A stretch of 64,000 nt of DNA, from positions 1,499,680 through 1,563,679 of the forward strand of contig OZ037767.1 of the NCBI GenBank assembly GCA_964035545.1, given 5' to 3'. The notes under the pieces were generated by a model. It had not been told where the DNA came from, ran no database searches, and saw only the letters and a program-made list of their open reading frames with translations. Shown here piece by piece: positions 18,001-30,400 of this stretch; position 1 is the first letter of the stretch, and every line of letters starts with the position of its first letter. The position numbers were made by a program, and so were the translations under genes. Origin of the DNA: Bugula neritina (taxonomy: Eukaryota; Animalia; Bryozoa).

Positions 18001-19934
18001 AAGCATTTTACTCTGATTGGCTGAGCAGATGAGAAATTAGTTATTTAATTAACGTTCAAATTAGACTGTGAATATAGTGTGGTAATAATGAAAACACTGA
18101 AGTTTGCAAAAATGTAATGCCATCTTCATAGATGTGTTTTTGTTACAGCTGGTTTCAATAGTCATTGTTTTATTTTAAACAAAACTAAAAATGAGTTGTG
18201 CCAAAAAATTGGCGAGTTTTTTGTTTGGGTGCTTTTTGCAAGACATTATAGTATATTCAAAATTTGCGGCTAAAGTATTAGAAATAACCAATAATCATAT
18301 TTTTTCTTTTATACTATTATTTAGAAATCATTCAGTTGTTTAAAGATATATTTTAATGAATGAATAAAAACTATTTTTCCTCTTTAACTTTATGGATTCT
18401 AAACAATTAAAGCAGCAGAAGGCATCAGAAAAGCTATAATAACTTCCCCAAACAGCTGAAGTATATCTATAAATACAATGAGATCAGATTAAACAAACTA
18501 GCACGTGCACCAACACTTATCTTTAATCAATATGAAAAATTGAGTAATAAATCAACAATAGTCTACGAAGATAGCAAAGAGATTAAAGGAAACACTTATA
18601 ACTTTAATTTTCAGTGGTATGAAAATAAATTATTTAAATCTTTAAATCTAATCTAATCCTAAATTATAGCATTTTTCCCCATATGAAAAGCAAATAATCA
18701 ACTTAGGTAGTTTTAGAACTTGAGGCTGACTTTTCAAATAGATTGAGTGGGAAATAATTTTGAACAAGTGAAATACGGTGTGATGAGTTAAGAACTTTGG
18801 CTATATGTAGCCGAGAGCTCTTCTGATTATAGCTTTCCTAATTTCATCAATGATAAATTATATCTGGAAAAAATTTCTGCTTTGCTTTTTAATCTCTTGA
18901 TTTATATTTTTTGTAAACTTCTGCGGTATTAGAAACCCGGGATATAATTGGATGTCAAATGAAAAATATATTTTACGAGACATCAGATTTATGGGTGCTA
19001 ATCCGACATCATCGCGTGCCAAACTATTTTTTTGTCCCGTATACATTCATAAATAATTTTAATAGCTTCCACATTTACTAAAGGAAATTATATTAGTTTT
19101 TGTAAGGGAGTAACAAATATAGGCCTATTGATAATATAAGCAGCTTTTTAACCTGTTGTTTAAGAACAGACCTTGAAGGCTGCTTGCAGTGATTAGAGCA
19201 AGGTGGAGAGTAACTTTAGAGTTTGCCCAACATAATGGATGCGCGAAATAAAAGTATCCAAATGAACGACTTGACTTGCGTGTTAATTGGACAGCTTTAA
19301 ACTTTAAAATATTTTATTATATGTTTAGCTTTATGCTGAGTTTCTCTAAACGCAACTAAAAGTACAAACTTTAGAAATTTTGAAATTCAAAGTTTAAAGT
19401 AAGTGAGTAATTTACTGGTTTGTTATGTAATCAATGTGTAGTGAAATTAGGGCTAGTTTGCTAAGCTATTTTAGCTACACTAAGAAAAGCTTTCTACAGC
19501 ACAGCCAGTGCTAACTCTGGCACTTGACAATAGTTGGTGCTAGTGAACTGGTGTAATTTTAAGAGAGCAAAATAAGTAAGTTATTTACATTAATTATATT
19601 GTTTCCTTTTTTGTTTCTTGTTTATTGTTTATTTATGTTTATTCTGATCATGTAAGTTTGAATTGCAATAATTGTAGTCTTGACGATGTCAATAGAAGTT
19701 AAATAAAACGTAATAAAGAACATCAGTGAAGAGTTAATGCTCAATTTAAGCCTAGTTCCCTACACAATGTATATTGAGCAGTTTTACAAAAACCTTGTTT
19801 ATTTTCTTTTTTGCAACCTTAAATGCTTCAAAAACAAGTTGGAATTCAAGTTTTGGCTTTAGGAGGCAAAAATCTACTGAAACAGTTTTTATATACTTTG
19901 AAACTACGCAAATTTTTCTTTGACTTTGGTGCTG

Positions 19935-19980
19935 TAAAACTTTGGCCTCCATTGGGATTCGAACCCAAAACCTCTACTGC
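19935..19980 (-). mobile_element. tRNA-derived SINE fragment (family B), B-box region
   Basis: Reverse strand reads GGGTTCGAATCCCAATGGAGGCCAAAGTTTT, matching the copy at 29418-29496. Confidence 0.55.
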
Positions 19981-20220
19981 TGTGTGGATCATTTTTCAAA
20001 CATTTAGTACATAGCGGCTGAGAGATATAAAAATATACTTTACATCCTTTTCATTATTAATCTAATTTATTATTTACCTCAATTTATAATTTGCATTTAT
20101 TGTCCTATAATAATACTGATGCAACTGTGCGAAATTTATGTTATTGCATATACAATATTAAAGATATACATAACAAAGATGCTGAAGATTGCAAATTCAT
20201 TCTGTCATTAGGAATCTCGA

Positions 20221-20315
20221 AGCCCTTGTAGTGTAGTAAGTAGTTGGTTACCTAGCGTGCCTGCTTGCAAGGGAAGGGGGTCTGCGGCTCGAAACCCGGT
20301 GAGGGCAATTATTTT
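20221..20315 (+). mobile_element. tRNA-derived SINE head (family B), degenerate
   Basis: GCCCTTG...TGAGGGC acceptor-like stem, A-box-like TAGTGTAGT..TGGTT, B-box-like GGCTCGAAACCC; similar to 29425-29495. Confidence 0.55.
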
Positions 20316-20589
20316 ACACAGTCAAAAAGTAATTACATAATTTAGTTCCTTTAATTAAGTTAATTTATTTTCAATATGTTGTTTATGTAATCAAAATGTC
20401 TATCTGAATTTTATCAGAATAATTACTCACTATCGCTAAATTCTTGTCTTAGCCTCAGCAGGTGCTGTAAGTGCACTTATTACATAGGTCCTTGGGCTAA
20501 TGTATAGCTCGGGCTCTAACTTATTCATAGACTGATTTTGCATATATGCTTGTAATACAAGCCTTGACTATATTTAACTTTGCATTAGA

Positions 20590-20786
20590 AACTCACTCAA
20601 ATTTATAGTTGCTGTCCTGGGGAAAATTTCTGAAAGAAAAGGTTTTTTTAAAGCGATTGTAATTAAGGATTTATTCATATATGTAAAACTGGATGTTCTC
20701 CTTAACATCTCAGATGGTCTTTGGGCTCGACCCTTGACCTCGTGTTTACTAGGCCAGTGCTCTAACCTCTACAGCACAGCTGACCC
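20590..20786 (-). mobile_element. tRNA-derived SINE (family A), degenerate copy
   Basis: Aligns by eye over ~190 bp with 26113-26320 (ACTGGATG.TCT.C.TAACATC, TGACCTCGTGTTTAC, GAAA.GGTTTTT). Confidence 0.7.
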
Positions 20787-21231
20787 CTCAATCAGCATCA
20801 AACTTATGCAATATGTTTACTAGATTTCAGTAGATATAAGATTCATTCAAGATTCAGTCACAGAACTCCTTCTACTTAGTGCAAGTATTTATGTTCTCTA
20901 ACTGATTATACATGATTCATATTTCAATAAATGTTTATTAATATTCTGTTGCTTGTTGAATTATATAGTTATGTGCTAAGTTTACAATTTAATAAAGACC
21001 TGCCTTACTGTATTTGCAGAAGCAAAACACAAAAAGGGTTTCCATCTGTCAACAGTAATTTATTATTGCCTCTGCAGATATAGCCATTGAAAAAAAACAA
21101 AATGGTATTTGAGTTTTCATATTGAAGTAGGGATAGTATGAAATACAAGTAAAGACATAAAGACATTCCACGGTTTGAAAAGGACATGTATACAAGCTCT
21201 CGACAAATTTATGACTTTTACTAGTTTCTGC

Positions 21232-22790
21232 TTACTTTCCTGGCGTTAGGGTTGCTGGCAACAAGCCAATTGGGCTTACAATCTGAAAAGGTGAACAGCA
21301 GCAGTCACTGGGGAATCGGACCCAGCGAAATGCTATGGAGGTTGCTCGGAACACCAGAAGTCTTACGTAGGCCCATTTCTGCACACAGCGCCCCTTCCAG
21401 AACACAACTTTCTGTCGTGGACACCTGCCCCTTCTTCTAGACCTTTGATGTAGTGGCTGTGGTGTAGAAACCTGCATATAGTTCACATCACAACGTCAAT
21501 TTCTTGCAAGTCAAAAAGGCATAATTTGTACATAGAGAAACTAGTTTACAAGCTCACCTGTCCTTGGCAGCCCTTAGTAAGACAAGTACGAGTCAAGTAA
21601 CCTTGCAAAAAGTAAACAGGTTGAAATACGCCCCATAATTGTCCTCGTATCCATACACTGTTTGGCTTCTCAAACAAGGAGCTCACTGGACACCATCCAA
21701 TGCTGTGATGTGAAATAACACAGAAATATAAACATATAAATATAAATATATTATTTTGGTTCATATATAGTTATAGAATATTATACAATGCATTTAGACT
21801 GTCATTTACTTTATCAATTTGTCCAGTAGAGTATATACTATGTATTTATAATGGTTGAACTTTGAACTTTGCACTTACAAGGAAGTAGCTGTAGCCTCAG
21901 GAGTTACAATACTTGAAATTCCTCGGCCTTCTGCAGATTCGGAAGCCTGAAAATATTGTGCAATGTTGGTAGAGCACAGTCTAAATGGTCCATGTAATTA
22001 TATCATTAGAAGTCTGCAAACTAACCATCATAATATTTATAAAAGAATTTGCTAGAAGTAGTATGTAGTAGTTCATCTTTTTCACATATAATTATAACTT
22101 AAACTATTAATGTTTTTATATCAGGTAGACTTGTTATACCATTTCTTCAAATAAAATGGTCTTAACATTTTCTGTAGAGCAAAATTATTAGTATGATTTG
22201 TTAGCAGTGCAAAACATGTATAGTATTATTACTGTAGCCCAACTTATGATCATGATTATGCATGATTATGGTATAAACTACCGAAAGAAGAGCTCTCATG
22301 CTTTCTAGTTGCTTTGAGACTTCGCTAGTCTGAGGCACCAGGACAGTGCAGGCACCAGTAGATGTGGCTGGGTCACCCGGTGAACCATCACTCCTTGGTT
22401 CTAAGGTACAAGTAGAGCTCTCGTCTGGAGGGGGTGGAAGGGGTGCAGGTGTGATGGGTTGTACGATCACTTGGCAATAGGAGACTGCCACTAATGACAC
22501 TATCACTACTAGCTAAAAGCACACATGTGAAGATAACTTAAGAACTTATCATAATTCATTGTTAACAGTCTATGTACATATTAAATATCCTATAGATCTC
22601 AAAACAGTTGAATTTATTTCCTATTCAATATCATAGGAAGTTCTATTCAACTACATACTAGTCAATAAAGTACAAATTTCTTCGAGGCTAACAGAATTAT
22701 TCCTGCACCAACTTACGTTAGAGTAAAGCAGTAGATATTGTAACAGTAAATATAATCTGTACTCACAGGAAAGATGGCAGCCCTTGCCAT
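21232..22790 (-). CDS. Secreted Spaetzle/neurotrophin-like cystine-knot precursor, paralog 1. Exons 22790-22767, 22512-22282, 21946-21879, 21702-21558, 21471-21232; 235 aa
   Basis: Signal peptide MARAAIFPLVVIVSLVAVSYC; prodomain ending near AEGR; C-terminal domain WCP..W...W.V.Q....Q......C....C ... C.QK...VRLLV......W..FPSDCCC fits the Spaetzle-type cystine-knot pattern. Exon phases match paralog 2. Confidence 0.8.
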
Positions 22791-22843
22791 TCTGTGGTGT
22801 TTCCTGTTGACGAAATACTGGTTTAGAGAATTGCTTTTCTGAC

Positions 22844-22850
22844 TTTTATA
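22844..22850 (-). promoter_or_regulatory. TATA box (TATAAAA) of cystine-knot paralog 1
   Basis: Canonical TATAAAAG ~55-60 nt upstream of the ATG, conserved at the same position in paralog 2. Confidence 0.7.
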
Positions 22851-23717
22851 AGACTTTCAGGGTTACTTCTACCAATGAGATCTAAATTGTAAGATTAGAA
22901 ACCTGCACCAGAGCGTACCTATTAGGTAATCAATTAATTTTTTTGTCAGTATTTCCACTCTACATGATGCCAGATCTCCAGGGTCTACATGATGCTGTGT
23001 TATATTTATTTTCTGACAAATTTCACTTCCATATCTCCCTTTTTTGCTCAATTTATGCTCCATAATGCCTAATAATACAGGTATTACTCTCTGCTAAAAT
23101 ATTTTGCATTATTAAAAATTTTAAAGCGCTGTTTTGTTTACATGCACACTTCCAACAATATGTGCTACAAAAAACTAACAACAAAGACATTTGAAAATGT
23201 ATCTTTGAGCTGTCATTTAACAAACATAGCAAACATAGGCGACATTTTTCATTCAGTACCCAATTTATTTACTTTCTGATGTACATAGTAAGTAGTATGT
23301 TACATAGCCTCAAAGGATATCGAGATATCTAAAGCCTCACATGTCCATGTATGCTTGCCACTGTTGGTATATATATTTTTTTCGCTACCCAAACAGGACA
23401 AAGCAGAGATAGGTGAGGATAGGTGAGAAAAAAATATTTTGCAGCTACATGCAAGTTCAAGTTGCTGCTTCTAATTGTCAGGTCAAGCTTCTCAAGTGCT
23501 ACCTGTCACATCACGGTCAAAAAGTATGCGTGTCTGCAGTAATTTTTTCCACTCAAATCTAAACCATCCCATAAGTTTGGTCTATAAGTGTCTTTTATTA
23601 AATGTAATGAAGAAATATTTATTAATGTGGTTTCAGTGAGAGACTTGGTACAGTCTGGTACAAGAATTTCTAATCCCATGCCCCAAATCTGATTGGTAGA
23701 AGTAACCATGAATGTCA

Positions 23718-23724
23718 TATAAAA
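23718..23724 (+). promoter_or_regulatory. TATA box (TATAAAA) of cystine-knot paralog 2
   Basis: TATAAAAGTCAGAAAA is identical to the reverse complement in paralog 1. Confidence 0.7.
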
Positions 23725-23784
23725 GTCAGAAAACCAATTCTCTAAACCAGTATTTCATCTACAATCAACAGGAAACACCAAAAA

Positions 23785-25606
23785 ATGGCAAGGGCTGCCA
23801 TCTTTCCTGTGAGTACAGATTATATTTACTGTTACAATATCTACTGTTTAACTCTAATGTTGTTTAAGTTGGTGCAGGAATAATTCTGTTAGCCTCAAGC
23901 AAATTCATACTTTATTAACTAGTATGTAGTTAAATAGAACTTCTTATGTTGAGATCTATAGAATATTTAATATAAACATAGACTGTTGACAATGAATTCT
24001 TGTAAGCTCTTAAGTTACCCTGACATGTGTGATTTTAGTTAGTAGTGATAGTGTCATTAGTGGCAGTGTCACATTGCCAAGACGACAGCTCCACCTGTAC
24101 CTTAGAACCAAGGAGTGATGGTTCACCGGGTGACCCTGCCTCATCTACTGGCCCCTGCACTGCTCAGGTTGCACAGACTAGCGATGTCGCTGCCCAAATA
24201 GAAAGCATGAGAACTGTCCTGACGGTAAGAAATACAAGGTCAAGGTTACTGTTGTGTTAAGATCTTTAGGGACATGCATGAAGTGATCCAGAGCTGTAGT
24301 ATTCAACTTATAAATTATGATAGTTTTACAAGCTGATAGCCACTAATTTTTATTTTCGTGTTATATAGCTGATATATATATATCATTATAATGCACACAC
24401 TTCTTAAAATAATAACTTTTGTCAAGTAGATTTGTATATTTTCTTTTTTTACAAAAGTATATTTAATAGATCTGCAAATATAATGTGATGAAAACTATTA
24501 TATAAGTTTATGGAAACAAACAATTATAATATAGTAAGAAAATACCTCTTCGTCCACATATATTTTGAATATAACTTCAATATGCTCAATTACACTTCAT
24601 ATTTACCAATCATATTTACATATGTTTACATCCTTTGTAACACATTTTATTACGAGTTGATTCCAACCGTTCATAGAGCTGTGTAACATACACGTCAGGT
24701 TTACTTTTGAATAAATCGTGTCAGGGAGTATCAGTTTTTCCCTATGCCACACCTCTTTGGTAAGTTTAGTTTTAAATCAAGCCAAGTTTAAGAGGACATA
24801 ACTTCTCATAAGGCTTTTTTTGAAGGGATCTGATACTGCAGAGGGTAGAGAACCATCGAGTGTCGACACGTCTGCTAGGAGCAGACCAATCAGCTTACTT
24901 CCTGTATCACCACTGTGAGTACATAACTCCAACTATTACATCCACTGTGAGTACATAACTCCAACTATTACATCTACTGTGAGTACATAACTCCAACTAT
25001 TACATCCACACATGTTCACACTCACACACATTCACTCACACACACTCACACACATATAATAAATGAAGCAAGTTTTAACATTTGTTAGGCTTGGCTATAA
25101 CACTGCAAGCCTCTTATAAACTATGGAGTGACATTTGTGTACTCACAATATATTTTATTTCCACCAGTGTTTCCTGGTGTCCCACAACGCCTGCTTTCAA
25201 CCAACCATCAACTGTTTGGATAGCTGGACAACTGTGGGGGGTAGTGCAGACGTCCTTTTTCAGACAAGGCCACAATGAGAGGATCTGTAGGACCACGGAA
25301 TGCAGGGGACGTGTATGTATTATTAAGATATACTAATTGAACTCATTTCAAATCAGCAGATATGTGAAACAATGTCTAATATTTATGTTTATATGGTAGG
25401 CTGCTCAACCGAGACGAGGGAGAAGATGTACGAGACCGAGGCCAGTATTCTGGAGAGGAGCTTGCATACAGAAGTATGTGTGGGTGAGACTGCTGGTGTA
25501 TAGAGGCACCATGCTAAGATGGCGCTACGTTCGCTTCAGAAGTGACTGCTGCTGCACTCCATACCGAATCAACTCATTGCCAATTGCTGGGCCAATCCTT
25601 GGATAG
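23785..25606 (+). CDS. Secreted Spaetzle/neurotrophin-like cystine-knot precursor, paralog 2. Exons 23785-23808, 24039-24224, 24826-24914, 25168-25312, 25400-25606; 216 aa
   Basis: Same leader (MARAAIFPLVVIVSLVAVSHC) and AEGR; WCPTTPAFNQPSTVWIAGQLWGVVQ...ICRTTECRG ... CIQKYVWVRLLVYRGTMLRWRYVRFRSDCCC. Exon 4 is 145 nt in both paralogs. AATAAA at 25768. Confidence 0.8.
24910..25008 (+). repeat. 32-bp tandem repeat x3 (CCACTGTGAGTACATAACTCCAACTATTACAT) that duplicates the exon 3 donor of paralog 2
   Basis: Visible; first copy contains the real CT|GTGAGT junction at 24914/24915. Confidence 0.9.
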
Positions 25607-26112
25607 AATACAATTCCTAGGCCAATCTTAGAAGAGAATATAATGTACTCTGATATATTATATAATTTTGGCATTTGTATTACAATGTTTTCTATTACGG
25701 TTTGATATTATGGTGATATGATAAATATAAATGTATAAAGTCTAAAACACAACTTGATTTTTTTGAAAATAAATAGGAAAAGCACCTGCCACTACTACCT
25801 GCCACTATTTGTCAACTTTGAGCAGAGAGTCTCAGTCTAGTAGCCAATAACCCATAATTTATTGTTAATACAAGTTTAGCTAATGAAATTTGTATTAGTT
25901 TTATAATGTGTGCGAAATGGAATCAGTGTCATATCTGGTGGTGGTGGTGGACTACTTCAGCAGGTACATTGTCGCTGAAAGGTTGCAGGATCATGTGATC
26001 ATACTATTACAAAATCTTTACTCACGATGCTATAATAAAACATAATATGCTACAAATCAGTAGCCTGTATATTATATGGTTCAAATTCTAGTGAAAAACT
26101 TTTCACATAAAA

Positions 26113-26320
26113 AATCTCACGCAAGCTTATAGCCGCCATCCCTGTGAAAAACCTCTGATAGAAAGGGTTTTTGTTAGAACCGGCTAAGGACTTGTTTAGA
26201 TGAGGCACAGGAGCAATTATGACTGGATGCTCTTCCTAACATCACCAATGACCTTTGTCGGGGTTCGAACCCATGACCTCGTGTTTACAAAGCAAATGCC
26301 CTGACCCCTCACATAAGCAC
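26113..26320 (-). mobile_element. tRNA-derived SINE (family A), best-preserved copy
   Basis: Minus strand has B-box GGGTTCGAACCCC followed by core GATGTTAGGAAGAGCATCCAGTCATAATTGCTCC; homologous to 20590-20786 and 28420-28527. Confidence 0.75.
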
Positions 26321-27465
26321 ATGGAAATATCCCATGCAGCAAATTTTCCAAATTTAAAACCAAATTTAATTTGTGGTCTAATTTGCAAGATTTATAAAAT
26401 GACCAAAATCCAAATTTCAGGATACTCGAAATTCATCATGTGTAACTGTTGGAATGCAATGTAACCCTTAGAGACATCAAATGAAACGTACACTAAACTG
26501 TAACTTTGACGACTATACTTAAATATTAATAAGAACGACTGTATAACTGATCAACATCTGGTGAGGTTTGAAGAAGTCTTGGTTTGATTTTCTAATTTTT
26601 TAAGCTGCTTATAAAAGTTATGAAAGAAGTTTTCTATCGCAAGATAAACTAGAAAAACATTAACCTATATAATTATAATTGAACTATATTTTGGTTACAT
26701 TGACTTGAGTTTAACACAACTATGCATGGCAAACTTGGGACCAAAAATATCATGAATGGTAAAAGCATTAGTATGAAACAACATGCAGTCAGTGTAGTTT
26801 AAAAATGCACAACATCAAAATACTCTTACAATAATATACTTAATCAGCACAGCAAGTAAAATACATAGTATTTAATTTTTACTGAAGAAAACAATCAACA
26901 TAGGCATTAAAGCATAATTTAAAATCAAAAGAAAATATACATCAACAGCATAACAACAAAAATACGAAATTAGAATATTTACATTTAGATAGTGAAATAG
27001 CCTATTTACATACTTGTAAAAATGTTACTACAGAGGGCACATTGGTCCACCCTTAAATCATAATAATCAAGCTAGAGAATGAAAACTAAAATGCACAAAA
27101 CCATATATAAGTGTTAACGAGATTCCAATCATCTACACAATTACTATAAAACTTCATTCTTTAAGTTATTAATATACAATATTATGATTGTATAAGCTAG
27201 CTATAGTTATGTATTGTATAATAAATATTTTTGGCACCCAAAATAAATTAAACTATTCCTATTAAATATCAATATTATGTAATTCATTATATTAGATGCA
27301 TATATTATTATTGTATAAATTTCAAAATATTTAAAATATAGATATCCCAGACAATACAATTGACAGGTGAACAGAGTTATTGCAACCCAAAGTAGACATA
27401 ATGTCACGAGATGATGTCGCATTGTAATGTCACGACGTAGTGTCACAGCATAATGTCACGCGGCC

Positions 27466-30400
27466 TTATATCACTACAGCTTGACGAATGTTATTGGCAG
27501 AAAAGTATCGTTGAGATTTGCCCAATTTCGGATTTGCCTTCTCTTGTTGACCCAATGCAGCAACAGATGGCGATTGTCGAAAAAGAGGAAGTGCACCAGC
27601 GGGCTCTGTTCGCACTGCAAATAAAAATTTTGCATTAGAGTTATCTACCCAATACTCCCGGTATATAAATTGATAACTCTTAAATATATCAGAAATACAA
27701 TCTCACAAATGAAGCCCTAGACAAGAGTCAAAGCGAGCAATTTAAAACTGCTTCCAGTCAATAAAATAATCAGTACAAATGTGACAATATTTTCAATAAA
27801 AATGAAACAATGGAAAAATTAAAATGAACAAATTGATATATAAACCCTACAAGTAACCTACCCACACTTTATTAAACCAACATTTATCAATGTGATGATG
27901 GAATCTTTCCCAAAGCAGTTCACTGGCAGATTTTTAGCAAGAAAACAATTGATGAAAGCTAAACAACTTTTGATCACATGTTATTTTAGTTCGTGTGAGC
28001 AAAGTTAGACAACTCTAACTAAACAGAAAAATTCCCATGGAAACTTCAATATTACAGCACATGAAGACATATACCTTTAGTGTTTGCGGCAGACGTACCA
28101 TCAGGTAGACACTGGGTCTGTGTGCACGCCGTGATCACATCGTTATAGTTGATGTCCCACGTGTACAGGGAGAGGGGCTGGACAGACTGCACCATCTCCG
28201 AGTGCAACCGTCTGTCTCCCATGACCTTTGACCTCAAGTATGAGTCACCGTGGTAGTATTTGTCCATCAGCTGAGCATTGTGTGTGAGGATGGATAGCCA
28301 AAAGTCTAAACACTGGTAGCTGTAACATGACAGTTATAAAACTTAGACTACAGGATTTGAAAAGAACGCAGCCGAGTTTGTGAGTCGAAAAAGTTTCAAC
28401 AAATTTACAAAAATATTAATCTGGTTAGAACGCCAGCTCAAGGTCATAAGTTCGAATTGTGATGATGTCAAGAAGGATAGCCAATCATAATTGCTCCCCT
28501 GTCACAGTCTAAATAGTCCTTAGCCTACTTTAAACTCTTACCATTACTGGTTCTAAATATAGACTAAATAAACTTGATTTGTTCATTATTCAAAAGGTTA
28601 TATGATTGCCTAAAAGTTGAGAGGAACAAAGTAGACCTACATTGTGCTTTCTTGGTATGACCAGGTCATTCAAGTAGTCAAAGTTATTTGTACTCAAAAT
28701 ATTTATAAGGGCAGAGCAAGCAGTTATTGATCAACAGCTATAAAAGCTTTTAGTCATATTTATAGAATACAATTAGCATGATAAATTTACAATAACTGTG
28801 TACTGAGTAAAGAGAAAGATGAAAGCAGCTGTTCTGGGTATACTATTCACTTTAGATCATCAATTAAATGGCCGACTTCCTGACCAATTAGCTAATATTG
28901 AGTTAACTGTTAGAGAATAGGAAAGCAGCAACTAAGGCACTGCACGGTAAACATAATAGTATTAAACTGCCCTTTAGCTATACAACTTGCCAATAGTTGA
29001 TTGCATTATTTCAACAAATGTAATATTTGAGAGGAATAAGTTTTTTTCAAGTCTCCAAAATCTTGTATCAAAAACATGTCATATAAACAAGCAGGAAGTA
29101 CCACAGTTGAATGAATCTATCCCGTGAAATGCACAACTGGAGCTAGTGATTTACCTTGTAAAGTCAGGCAAAAATTTGAAATAATTTGTGGTTTAATCTC
29201 AACTTACTTTAAGGTTCCGACGATAAAGAGACAAAGTTTTAGATTTGGGTCGTTGAGCCGGAACCCGGAAATCTCCTCAATGATCTGCGAGAATATGTTA
29301 GTCAACTTTCCTACAGAATATCATTAGAGGTCAATGTGAACCGTGAGATCCACAAAACACACTTTATACTGTTTAGAAGAGCAAAGCTGTATTACACAGT
29401 ACCATTAGTCACTATAAAACTTTTGTCCCCACTGGGATTGGAACCCGAGACCTCTGGTTTGCAAACAGGTGTGCTAACCATTACACCACAGGGACTATTG
29501 GGTAAACTCAACATTACAGTCACAATATTCCAATTGCATTACCTTTTACAGAGGACACAACTCTGCGACGGAAATATTAAGTACATTTTAGATTTTCTAA
29601 TAACCCCAACAACTATGTATCGTGTCACTTTTCATTATGTGAGATTGAAACGCCCTACATGTCTAGATTACATCACATCCTGTACAAACCTGCTGACAGT
29701 GCAGATTCCTCCACAATATCCCAGATGCTGACTCGGGTTCGTATTTTCCCAATGGCCACGCTGACTAGTTTATGAGACTTGAGGCCGGTACAGAGTACAC
29801 ACTCCAGTGCTGAGACGAACTTCCATATCAACAGCAGTAGATCCTGCTGATCACACGAGTTCTACAATTAGATATATTAGGTTCTATGATTAGAGCTACT
29901 AGGTTCTATAAAAAGAAATATTAAGTTGTGAAGCAAGTCCAAAATTATGCTTTTGTTTAAATATAAGGCTGAACATAAAGAGGAATATCTTTTGTTGAAT
30001 AACAATTATTACTATACAATAATATAGTTTAATATAATTATATACATAACACAATAAATTATATATCAACTTAGAGATATAATATTCAATAATGAAAACT
30101 AACTAATTGCTGGGCTGATGTGGACTGCTGATGTTTCACCAAACTGTCTGCCAACTCAATGCAGGTGACAACGTCTGCAATAAACCAGAATGAGATATTA
30201 TTCTACAGGTGAGATATCATTCTACAGGTGAGATATTATTCTACAGGTGAGATATTATTCTACAGATGATATATTACTCTACAGGTGAGATATTACTCTA
30301 CAGGTGAGATATTACTCTACAGGTGAGATATTACTCTACAGGTGAGATATTATTCTACAGGTGAGACTAGAATCAGATATTACTCTACAGGTGATATATT

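Larger units (their letters stand above)
22282..24224. repeat. Large inverted repeat: arms ~22282-22852 and ~23716-24224, spacer ~860 bp
   Basis: Promoter, exon 1, intron 1 and exon 2 of the two cystine-knot genes are reverse complements of each other at high identity. Confidence 0.92.

Noticed and set aside
29425-29495. Functional tRNA gene (Cys/Ala-like)
   Set aside because: Anticodon and T stems are mismatched, the T-loop reads TTCCAAT, and related degenerate copies with a shared 3' flank exist; better explained as a SINE head.
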